DNA of 64,000 nt from Azolla caroliniana (taxonomy: Eukaryota > Plantae > Polypodiophyta), in the NCBI GenBank assembly GCA_043228905.1, contig JBHGNT010000007.1:11222001-11286000 (forward strand), written 5' to 3'. Below the pieces are notes generated by a model that had not been told where the DNA came from, made no database searches, and was given only the letters and a program-made list of their open reading frames with translations. Both the position numbers and the translations under genes were made by a program. Shown one piece after another: positions 13,248 through 25,290 of the stretch (the stretch's first letter is position 1; every line of letters begins with the position of its first letter).

Positions 13248-14038
13248 CCGGTATTTCATGTCTCATTGTTGGAACCCTACATTGGTAGTTCCATTCCAAA
13301 TCAGGTTGTTCTACCTCCACGTCCAGTTCACTTGTTGATGGCCCAGAATTTGAAGTCAAAGCTATTTTGGACTCCTAGATAATACGTAAAAAACTTTATT
13401 ATCTCGTGGATTGGTTAGGATATACACCAAATGATCGTACTTGGGAGCCAACTGAGAACCTTGATAATGCCTCTGACTTGGTGGTTGAATTTCATCGCCA
13501 ATATCCAGATAAGCCAAGTCCAAATTCATGCATTACGACTCGTGGAAGTCGTCATCAAAGGAGGGAGATGGTGTCATGTGTATATAAAACCTAATAAGCT
13601 TTATGGTGATTTGAACCCATGACATCCTCAAAGAAAGCATACAACCCCAACCATTAGGATACATCATATTATATATATTAATATAATAAATTCTATTATA
13701 TCAATAGCAAATACATATAATAATATTATTGAAATGTCACCACCTTCCATAGGCTAATGCATGATTGCCAAGGGGCATGCTTGCATGAATGCCAAGTGGC
13801 GATCATGTGTGCCTATGAGGTGGTGAGTATGCATGTATCCAAACCATGCTATATAAACATGTATTTGACTATTGATGAACCATTCTGGTTCAACGCCAGT
13901 CTTCGGCATATTCTTGTAAACATTGCTCTCGTTGTTAATACATTATCAAATTCTTCTTATCTCTCTCATTTCTCTCATATCTTTCACTTCTCATTCTCTT
14001 CTTCATTTTAAAACTCTTTCCTAGCTTTGGCCCTGACA
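13248..14038 (+). mobile_element. 3' end of a chromovirus (Tcn1-like) gypsy element: integrase tail, chromodomain, PPT and 3' LTR
   Basis: PVFHVSLLEPY and YLVDWLGYTPNDRTWEP..NL chromodomain. Purine tract aaaggagggagatgg. LTR tgtcatg..ctgaca at 13572-14038. Confidence 0.85.
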
Positions 14039-14737
14039 TTGAAATACAAATAGTGATTCCCTTTCACATTCTAATGGGCTGCTCCAGTTTGGTTGGTCTT
14101 ATCAACATGCACTTCATTAGCTCGTTGTAAGATTGGTTTTCGCTAGTTATGGAGAGTTCTTGATGACCCTTGAGGCATACATCCCTTCCTCCTTAGTTGG
14201 AAACCAGAGTTGATGAATCAAGTAAATGTCAAACAAACTCTAAAGCGTAAAACAAGGATCTCATGCAACTTTTCCTCAACAAATTCTAAAGCCTAAAGCA
14301 AAGACCTTGTGCAACCTTTCCTCATCAATAAAAAAATTGACAACCAATACGTGGTAAACTAGATGATGAAGAATGCCCTGACGAATTATGTCATGAATTG
14401 AGAAGAGATGTCCATATACATCTCTAGCAATCCACATAATTGAAACTCTAGGATTGGTATCATTTGAGGAGGTTCAAATGTGTCTTATGGCAAGATATCA
14501 AATTCACCAGCTGTGCTACGCAATACATGAATATGGTTATGTAGGTACGGTGGTAGCACACCTATAATTTACAATTGTTAGTGCATCGTTATGATTCGTC
14601 ATTTAGACAAACACTGTGTATCAAAAAAAAAAAAAAAAGTGGTTGATGGTGGGACGATAATGAACTAGAATGATTTGGTTATTGGGTCAAAGAAGTATGT
14701 ATGGATGTATGTATGTGTCCATCCATGGAAGGGGGGA

Positions 14738-15027
14738 AGAGAGAGAGAGAGAGAGAGAGAGAGACACACACACACACACACACAACAAAAATGCAAACAC
14801 GCACACACACGGAAAGGAAACGTCTCGTGTGTGCGTGTGAATTGTATGAATGTGGGCGTCGTACCTCCATTCCATCATTCCATTCCACCTCACCTCAACA
14901 CACTCAACAAATATCACCCCCCCCCCCCCACCCCTCAATCAACACACACACACACACTATACACACATATCATTCCCTTCATTCATACCATACCATACCA
15001 TACCATACCATACCATACCATACCATA
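14738..15027. repeat. Microsatellite cluster upstream of the IST1-like gene: (GA)n(CA)n, poly-C and (TACCA)n
   Basis: Directly visible. Confidence 0.9.
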
Positions 15028-15184
15028 ATAAATACGAGGCGACGACTATTTCTGCTCCATTCCCCTCCCCTCCTCTCCTCCCTTCTTCCCCATCTCTCTC
15101 TCTCAATCTCTCTCTCTCCCCTTTCTCTTCTGCTACTTCCTTCCACTATTGTGTGTCTTCTTCACCCACCCAATAATAATCAGA

Positions 15185-18100
15185 ATGGGTCGGAAAACGG
15201 ATGCTCTCATCAAAGGAATCAGATCCGCCAAGTCCTCTATTGAAAGGTATCACTCTCGATCCACCCATCGTCAGAATCAATACTTATATATATATATATG
15301 AGATAGATAGAGAGGGAGAAAGAAAGAGATCTTTGTGTATGTCTATTTGCCTCATGTATCTGCTCTATATTGCTATAAGTCTCATCTTACTTTGCTTGCT
15401 TATTATATGCATGTTTGGCACGCCGTATTCCTTTTCTTAATGTATGTATGCCATATTACCTTGGATATATGCATGCCTTCATTCATTGGTTTATTTATTA
15501 TTCATCCATCTTTCTTTTTGCTGTCTGTTCGCCGCCCCCTCCCCCGCCCCTTCCCATTTCTTGATCAGCTTAACTCTGCTCAAGCTTACAATTGCCCGCA
15601 TCAAGGTAGTGAGAAACAAAAGGAGCCTTTCTGCCCAGAAGCTGAGGAAAGAGATCGCAAACCTCATCCAATCTGGTCAAGATGCACATGTTTACATTAC
15701 AAAGGTAAAAATTCCTTATTACTTTGCAAACTGAAGCAAACCTGTCCTACAATCGGTTCCTTACTATAGTGAATAGATGCCCATGCCTTCGAACTAAATA
15801 TCAGTTTTCTAACTATATTGTATATTGTACAGTAGAATACACTCAAATGTAATCAATATCTAGCCATAGTGAAAATAGATGTGTATAAACTACTTAGGCC
15901 AACTCGTTCCTTCAAATTTGAGATCAATTTGGTAGCTTTAGTGAATTAAATGCATACGTATCTACTAAGGTACGCTGCATGTATTTAAAATAGAGAGGAA
16001 TTTGCTAACTTGGGTGAAAACATTCAAATACATCAACATGACACAGTACATACCTTTTGCATCAATTTACTACCTATAATGAATACAGGCCAATGCATAG
16101 GTCAGTTTTAGATGTATTTCACTGATGGTGCACCCTCAAAAGAAAGAATCTTGTACTTTAACCATCACAAACCGAAACTCCATCTCTCGAATTGGTGATT
16201 TATTGCTGACGATATAGGTGAACTTTTCTTAAGCAGATAGTAGGTCTTACTTATCGGATAGTAACAAGAATACTTGTGCTCCATCCTGACTAGCTCAATA
16301 ATACAGTCAATATTATAATTCTTTTATTTTATTCAGACTGTTTATTGTATGCAGGTTGATATTCTCATCAAAGAAGAAAACCTGGTGGCAGCTTATGATT
16401 TGATCGAGCAGTTTTGCAATTCTGTCATTGGAGGATTTCCCATAATTGAGACACAAAGGTAGTATCTATGTTTCTTCGTTATTATAGCATTCACGGTTTC
16501 TTTATGTTACTATAATCTCTTGAAGTGAATCGAACTCATAATCATGATGATTGATCAAGGATGGTGTATAACATTCTAGTGGATCTCGTGAAGTGAATCG
16601 AACTCATAATCATGATGATTGATCAAGGATGGGGTATAACATTCTAGTGGTGTTGAATAATGGAATAGAAAAGTGAAGGAAAGAAAACACTCAAGATGGG
16701 GTTTGGATTGATTTAGTAATGTATGCTGATATCTCAATCAGGAACCTTCCCAATGACATGAAGGAATCCATTGCAAGCTTAGTCTATGCTGCACCGAGGT
16801 GCACAGATCTGGGAGAGCTAAAGGACATCAAGGACATATTTACAAAAAAATATGGAAAAGAATTTGCAGCTGCTGTAAATGAGTTAAGGCCAGATTGTGG
16901 TGTGAATAGAGGAGTAAGTATATCTCAATGTGGTTCAACAATCATGGTAGTGTTTTTTGAGAGTAATCTGATACCAGTATCTATCTGTTGCAGATAATTG
17001 AAAAGTTGACCACAAGCCGAGCAACCGGTGAGGCAAAACTGAAGCTAATGGAGGAGATATGTAAGGAACATAAAATCCAGTGGACTCCTGGAGAGGCATT
17101 AACTGGATCGTCTTCTAGCAAGTCATTGGTAAGATAATTCAAGTCTTTTTCCTTATTTGGAACCTTAGGGAATGGATGCTAGTTAGCTGTTTCACAATCA
17201 TTACAGATCTGTGTAGAAGGCTCCATGTTTACTAACATGAGCATTTTGATATCTTGTTTTTGGGATGGAAATGCAAATGCCAGCTGTAAAGCCGTTTTTG
17301 CAGGAGAACCTTTTAATGTGTGACCTCAAACTAAATTTATGAAGAGTTTTATATGATTTATGCAACATGAAACCAAATGTATTAGACTCAATGTACAACC
17401 TTTAACGTTGCAAAGCACAACTGTTTCAACTATATCATTATATTTATATTTGAACTTCTAGAATTATAATGCAGTAGTTTTGAGGTTCAACAAGCAATAT
17501 CTTGTGCTGACATCCAAAGTTTTCACATGATGTATAATGGCAGGTGTCCATGGTGTGCTTTGGCACATAATATCTTGTTAATTTATTCTGAATGTGATTT
17601 ACAGGATGGAAGTCGGCAAAATGAAGGGCCCAGTAAGAGTACACTTGGCTATGTAAATGCTACAAGAGCCGAGGGGAATGCATATCCTGTTCAGTTTGAT
17701 GAAGTAGTAGCATCGAGAAAAGATAATGGAGCCAATTATTCAAGAGTAAATGCAAAATCACATGCTCAAAAAAACTGTCTTTGGATACATTGATACTTCT
17801 GTGGCTTTACAAAAGAATAAAATGAACATTGTTAATGTGATGGATGGCTGGGTTGCAGGTTTCTCAAGCTGTGGAATATAGTTCATCTTCACTTCAGGTC
17901 ACAAATGTTAATGTAGACACGAAAAAACAAATGGAATTCATGGAAAATGATGGTAGTACCAAGATAGAGACTGATGAGGGCAAGATTGAACACGGTTTGC
18001 AGCATGTGGTTGATGATCTTGACGATGTTTCTATCCACATTGGCAGCAAATCCTATGCTTCAACTGAAGAAGAAGAAAGAGAAGGAGAAGGAGAAGGAAA

Positions 18101-21100
18101 AGAGGGTGATATGTTAAAAAGAAAGTCTCTTAATGCTAGTACAGAAGATAGTATGGATAACCCCCATCAAATAGAAGACCTACTATGGACAGGGGGCTTG
18201 AATGTTGAAAATCCACATGAACTTGAAATTTCTGAAGGGGGGGCCAGTATGAAGGACAGCGAACCTTCTGGAACAAACGAGACAAAGATCATGGACATGA
18301 TTCCTGAGAAAAAGGTTTCATATTCAAGTGCTCCTGATGTACAGCTTACTAAGAACGTTGAGTCTTTCCAAGAAAATGAGGTGAATAGTCTGTCTTCAAG
18401 TATTGAGCAAATACCTTGTATTGAGGCAAATCCAGGTGTCCAAAAACAACCTGAGAGCATTCCTGGTATCCCATCTGATGCGATGGCTGTTGCCACTGAA
18501 GCTGCTCGGTTGGCTCTTCTGGACTATGCCAAAATGTATGGCTCACGTATTCCTGATTCTGTCAACTTGAATCACATCATTGGGTTGATGGCAGGAGGGA
18601 ACCTTAAATTAGAACAAGATGAACAACATGCAGATGAAGCTGATTACAACACTTCCTTTGAAGATCATATGGAGGAAAAGGAAACATTTTCCTCAAAGAC
18701 ACCAGTACTCAATAAATCTGATGGTGATGGTAATGATAATAAAGATATGCCTGATACCATTGTAGCCGGGGTGGACATTAATCAGGTAGACTACTCATGG
18801 GGCGATAATGATGAGCCAAATAATTCGTCCAGTGTGTTTCTGGAGTTTCCATCAAATAAAACTCCAGAGGATGATTATCTCAATTCCATTTTCTTAAGAC
18901 ATTTAGAAACAAGGCCAACTTTTGATAATGGTCATTTTCTAGAAGTGAAACCAAGTTTCAACGATGAAACTGTATCTGGTTACAGAAAACACCCAAGTGA
19001 TGTTCATGACAAGCATCCAGATCCCTATGATCTACAATACAATCAAAACTCAAGATCACAAGATGAAATTTTAAAATCACGTAAGGACACAGTAAATAGT
19101 GAAGGTTTACCATCACATAAAAGTGCAATAGCTGGTGAAGCTTTAACATCACATCAGGGCCCTGAATTTGTTGAGGACTCAATATCGCATAGGAGCACAC
19201 TATTCAATGGAGGCATAAAGTCGCATATGAGCACCGTGTTTGATGAAAGCTCATTACATAACAGCACAACATTTGATGAAGTCTCAATGTCATATAATAG
19301 TACAACATTTGATGAAGATTCTGAATCTTTTAGAGATCACGTCTATCACGAAGTATCAAAATCGCATAAGATCTCTGATTTGAATTATGATCTTGATGAA
19401 TTACCTCCAAATTCAGCCCAAATGTATGAGGACCCGTTATATGATGATGAAGGTCAAAAGTCACGAGAAAACATCATATTTTATGAGGCTCCAATGTATG
19501 ATGAGATACCTGATGAAAAACCAAAGAAATACAAGCCTTTTGACGTTGATATTGAGCTTTCTTATGGTGGAATAAGTGAAGTAGAGAAGTTGAAGATCGG
19601 GGATCCAATGCGGAAATTAATAAAGCCAAATAATCTTCAAATTGAGCATCATGGCAATACATTCAGTATGCACAATGGAACGTTAGCTGAATATCACACT
19701 GAAACAGTTGGAAGAGATCAAGATAAGCCAGAAGAAGATCAGAAATACAAGGACACGAAAAAGCCTTCTAGTAGGAGAACAAAGAAATCTTCAACTCCTA
19801 CAATGACTAAATTACAACACATCAGAGAGGAGGAAAGTGATATGGTATCATATGATGTGTCTTCTGGTCCAGATATGAAACGAAATACACAGGCTGATAA
19901 GGCTCATGTAAGCCCACAATCTCGCTTTAATCAGAGACCTATCCACCAAGACGATACTGAATATACTCTGGATCAATCAAGACATAGTCCATTGATGCTG
20001 CTAAATGAGATAGACCAACCATTATCATCTAATAGAAAGCAACAACCACAGAAACATCAAGAGCACCATAAAAGCCCACAATCTCGCTCTAATCGAACGC
20101 CACAGCTTCTGACCCACGAAGAAGGTTTTGGATACTTATCAATGTCAGAACTGGATCAATCCAAAGATAGACCATCTATGATGCTGGATGAGCCAGACAT
20201 ACTCTCATATAACAGAAGGCAAAAGCAACTGAAGGATCAAGAGCAATATAAAAACCCACAGGCAAGCCATTACAGGAGATCGCAGCTTCCGAGCTATGAA
20301 GAAGAAATCAAGTATTCATTAATGCCAGAGATGGCAGGTCAGGAAGAATTGTATGAAACATTCTCAGAAAGGAATCAGACATCTACAATTTCTGACGAGC
20401 TAGAACTACTCTCGTCTAACAGAAGGCAGCATCAACTTAAGCATCAAGAGAAATATCAAAGTCCTCAATCTCGCCCTAATTGGAAAGAGAAGTTTCCGAT
20501 CCATGAAGGAGATACTGGATACTCAGTGATATCAGAATCAGATCAATTAAAGTATAGACCATCTAAGATGTTAGATGAGCTAGAAACATCCTCATTTAAC
20601 AGAAGGCAACAGAAACTGAAGCACCATGAGCAATATCAAAGCGCACAATCACCCCATAATCAGAAAGTGAAGATTCCACAGATGGCACAATCAGATCAAT
20701 CCAGATATAGACCGTCTATGATGCTAGATGTGATAGATCCACCAATATCATCGAATAGAATGAAACAACCAAAGCATCAAGATGAATATGAAAGCACACA
20801 ATCCACACCTAATCAGATACAGAAGCTTCCAAGCCATGAGAAAACTGAATACTCATCTGTACTCGAGCCTGTTGCTCGACTAGAATCTGAACAAACTACC
20901 CCATCAAGACATAAATCGCTTATTCAAGACAAAGTACAACCACTATTATCTAACAGGAGGCGACAGTATCAAATGTCAGATCCTCAGGTTGAGCAACAAG
21001 AGGAAATTCCATCAAAGTATATACCGTCGATGGAGGATGATCTAAACACACCTCCATCCTTATCTTCTGATAGAATGAAACAGAAACAGAAAATGAAAGA

Positions 21101-21815
21101 GAAGAATGAAGAACAATATCGATCTGATGGACCTATTGTGCCTAAGCCCATGAAACCATCTGGGCAAGAAGATGATGATGATGAAGCCCAGGCACCTCAC
21201 TGGAGGAGATCACAGCAGCTAAGCTATCAAGAACAAGCAGATCATATAACAAATCCAGGCTCTCGGGGCGAGCAAGATCGACAACAACGAACCTCATTAG
21301 CGTTACAAGAACAAAAGTCTTCTTTCCCAGCATTAACCCAATCCAGAAAACAAAGGATAAAACAAGGAGAGGCAGAAACGCAGGATTCATTGCCTATTTT
21401 AAAAAGACCATCTCAAATAGAAGAGAACATCAGTCATACGCGACAAGGAGCAAAACAAGACATTGAATCTGAATCATCAGCAAGCGTGAGGGTGGAAGAA
21501 AATATAAACACTAGAAACCAACCACTTTCTGCTCCATTTAAGTCATCTTTGCGACCTCCTGTGTTGTCTTTGGTAGATCCCATAATACTTGCCACAATCC
21601 CACCACCAAAAAAATCTGAGCCATTTGTTACCAACCTTAGCACTTACCCATCTGGTACGATTTCTGCTGCCACTCCTAGTGCTAGTAGTAGTACCAGTAC
21701 TTCTACTGGTATAATTACTGGTAGCAGTGCTTTTACTGGTACTTCAAAGCCTCCTAACATCGATGAGCTTGCAGCCAACTTTGAGACCTTGCGCAAGAAA
21801 AAGCTTGCTAAGTAA
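15185..21815 (+). CDS. IST1-like protein (regulator of Vps4 activity in the MVB pathway), ~1568 aa, 7 exons
   Basis: Exons 15185-15246, 15569-15704, 16355-16458, 16742-16913, 16994-17128, 17605-17745 and 17859-21815, all GT-AG with consistent phases. Ist1 domain motifs LLKLTIARIKVVRNKR, AYDLIEQFC, KESIASLVYAAPRC.DL.EL and KYGKEFAAAV.ELRPDCGVN. C-terminal MIM-like DELAANFETLRK. Confidence 0.92.
16521..16650. repeat. Tandem duplication (period 68 bp) in IST1-like intron 3
   Basis: tgaagtgaatcgaactcataatcatgatgattgatcaaggatgg..ttctagtgg at 16521 and 16589. Confidence 0.9.
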
Positions 21816-23009
21816 GCTTCTACAATAAGGTACTACTACAATCTATTTCTTTTGTACATGTATCCATGTATGTACAATACCCCACTGGCAGGTATGTCTT
21901 GCTTTATTTTGGGATTATTTTAATTTCATAAAACTTGCCATATATAGAGCTTCTATGTAGCACTTTAAGTGATATCACTTAGTGCAAGTATGTACAACAA
22001 TTGAAAATTTTCTTTCATGAACCTGTATATATGCACATATAAACCTTCAAGGATGTGACATCCAATGAGAATGTGATTATTTTTGTTTCTATTTTTGATC
22101 AAATCTGATAGATGAAACTTGTTGACCAACCATTTTGTTACATAAGCCCTAGCTAGTGATGTCTTTGTTTTGTTCGTATGAACATTTTGGGAATGTACAC
22201 GTGCAAAACTCGGATCATAAGGTGTATCTTGGCTCATTCCAGAGGTTTCTGTACTATGATGTATATACATACATATATAGCACTCGGTCTAGAGCTTTTT
22301 CAATTCTCAGTGCATGCATACAGATCACTTAGTGTAAGCCCGTACAACAATGACTTCCTTTACATAGATGGGTATATGGCCTTATTTTTGTTAGTTGGTG
22401 TTATTTGATCACTGATAGGATGACTGAAGCTATTAGAAATAGGCCAGCCTTGTTGATTTTATGTTAGATGAATAATTTCTCTCCGAGCTTTATTTTAGGT
22501 GAACAAGTTTAGGATAAACTACCCCGTTCGTTGTTTGGGCTCAAAACAACTCTTTGAATGGTTGGAATTTGTAAATTCTGAGACTACGTTGAGAGGGTAA
22601 TGATAAAGGTATGTCTTCTTTAAGTTGCAATGGCAGTGGGGGTTTTTTTAACCTTTTGTGGTGATGATTATAAGGGTTTGGTTAAGTCAAAAGGTGATAA
22701 CTTAAGGGTTTTTGTAATGATGAAGATGACCTTAAAAAATATGTAATCAATGTTGTGAAAGAATATGATGATTTGGATAAGAATATGGGTTTCATTTATA
22801 ATGGCATATCTTGAAAGAATGATGTTATTCTAGTTGAAAATGTTGATGTGTGTGGCATGTGTATATTAAGGACGGATGTGGCTAGCATTGATAAGGGAAG
22901 TGAAAGGCGAGGAAAATGTTTTCGATATTATTTTTTATGATTACGATAATAATTCAATGGGATTGGCATACGATGAACATATGGGTTTTATGCTCGATTG
23001 TTGTAAAGA

Positions 23010-23900
23010 ATGATGACTCTCGTAGAGTTGGGGTGTGTCAAAGAAAGCACGGTGTGTTTGTGAGAGGGTGTGTGAGTAAGAGAAGGAATTAGAGACCATA
23101 CATATAGGTGGAGGATGAGAGCTTATGCACTGAAGGGAATTGTATTGATTGACTAAAAATAATAGCCGAAGTGGGATTGCCACATTAGATGTGGTTAGAG
23201 TCTAGTCATAGACATCCACTCGAGTATGATTATGTCATAAGTAAATCTAATATATTCTCTGACCATATTTATACATGACTAGTAACGAGAAGTCACAATC
23301 TAGTTAGTGTAATTAGATAGATTACAAATAAAAATAATGGCCAAGCAAGATTGCAACATTAGATGTGGTTGGTGGAATCTAGTCATAGACATCCACTCGA
23401 GTATGATTATGTCATAAGTAAATCTAATCATCTCTGATCACATTTATACATGACTACTAGAAGTCACAATCTAGTTTTTGTGTAGCTATGTAGTTCACAA
23501 AGACTAAAAATAAAGTGTGCTCGTACTTTTTCACAGATTTTGCTTTTCTCCATAAGGATGTGTTCACATAAGTTGGGCTTGATTCTCAACATGCCTTCTC
23601 AAGGTCAACCGTGTGTCCTATTAAGCTCAAATTTCTCAGTACTTGTACATGGACTCCCCCTCAAGCTCGACATATCAAGAGAATTTCTGCAACTTGTTGA
23701 GACCTAGTGTCCTTCTGGAAATATCGGCGGCATGTTTGTTGGTGCTGATATATTGGAGGTTGATGTCTCCAGCCAATATGTACTCCCCATCAAGCTCGGC
23801 ATATTGACTGGTCTAAGGCTTAGATCCTTTGAGAATTTCTACAACTTGTTGAGACCTAGTGTCTTTGTGGAAATATCGACCACTTATTCATTGGTGCTGA
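23010..23900 (-). mobile_element. Decayed copia LTR and RNase H-end remnant
   Basis: Ends gggcttgattctcaaca at 23591 (reverse complement of the tgttgagaatcaag LTR start). ctccccctcaagc at ~23654. Internal duplications at 23182/23356 and ~23680/23830. Left boundary approximate. Confidence 0.55.
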
Positions 23901-25290
23901 GGTTGATGTGTCCAAGCAATATTTGCTTACATATAAAGTTATAGTGCACCTTGATGTGGTTAGTTCGGTTATGAAACATCAGAATCTTTGTAAGCTAAGA
24001 TTATAACAATTGATTGGTATCGACTTCTTGACTGATTTATTGAAGTCTTTCACAAGTCTTTTAAGACATACAACGTTTGCTTTTGATGTTTCTTTACCTT
24101 GCCTCAGTACTCGATAGAGTTGTTGTGAGGTGTTTGTTATTGTTCTAAGAGATTTCTCTATTGTCAAGCAAAAACATAAATCCTGATGTGGATCTCCGAT
24201 TGAATGGGTTGCCAACCCAATCAATATCTATGAACACTTTGAGTCGAAATGCTACTTTTTGCTTGTAGAAGGATATTGTTATAAAGTGTTCCACTAACAT
24301 ATCATAACACTCATATACCACCATCCATATGTGTTACACAAGGGGTCTAGCAGGGTGATAGTCAAGTAGATAAGACTACATTGGTTCATATTTGTCAGAG
24401 TCACAAGGTGATAGTCAAGCAAGGTGATAGTCAAGTAGATAAGACTATTGCATTGGCTCATATTTGTCGGAGTTTGCATATTTGGCTCATATTTGTCAAG
24501 TAGTTTCCGTCGCTAATTGTTCAAGAATAGGAGGATGCAGTTCTACAACATCATGTGTAGGGCTAAGTGGGGTTGTTGCAAGGTCAAAGGACTCAGCTAA
24601 TTAGCTATTGGTAATACAAGCTATAACTCCCATTATCACTTTAGCTAATTAGAATAAACCTTGGCTAATAAGCTACTAATTATCCATGACTTTAGCTAAT
24701 TAGCCAGTAGCAATAATCACTTACCCACCTATCTACTATTGTACTATGGTCTTAGCTAAGTAGTTACTACTCTACTACAGTTGTAACTAACTAGTAGTTG
24801 GCATTACAAACTAAGCTATTTAGCTACTACTATTCCACAATCTTTGACACAACATAGTCAAACAAAATACAAGAAAGAGTTATTTGTACACAACACCTTG
24901 TGACAATTTATTTCAACTCTATGAGATAATAACAGTCAAATTGATTGCATTAATGTCACCAAGAAACTCAAAATTTAAGTGCAAAAATAAGCGTAGCTGG
25001 AAATTAGTAAAATTAACAAATGAAGTTCTGCAGAATACAAGAAAGAATTGTATTTATTATGTACTTACATGGCCAAAGTATGAAATAACAGCAGTTAAAA
25101 ATCAGTTACACTAATGTTAACAAGCAACTAAGCTGGTAATCCTATGATGAATGAGGAGAGAAGACATGAATAGACTGGAAATAGTGTACACGGCAAACCA
25201 AAAGAATGTCTGATGAAATGAAACAATAATGGTTATTCTCATAGACATCACCAGAAAAGACAATCGTAACCACATTTTGTGGTCATTAGT

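Noticed and set aside
14675-15243. Several ORFs upstream of the IST1-like gene
   Set aside because: Microsatellite-derived low-complexity frames in the promoter and 5' UTR.
17844-21815. Stand-alone 1323-aa gene
   Set aside because: Its ATG is intronic. The ORF is the last exon (from 17859) of the IST1-like gene.
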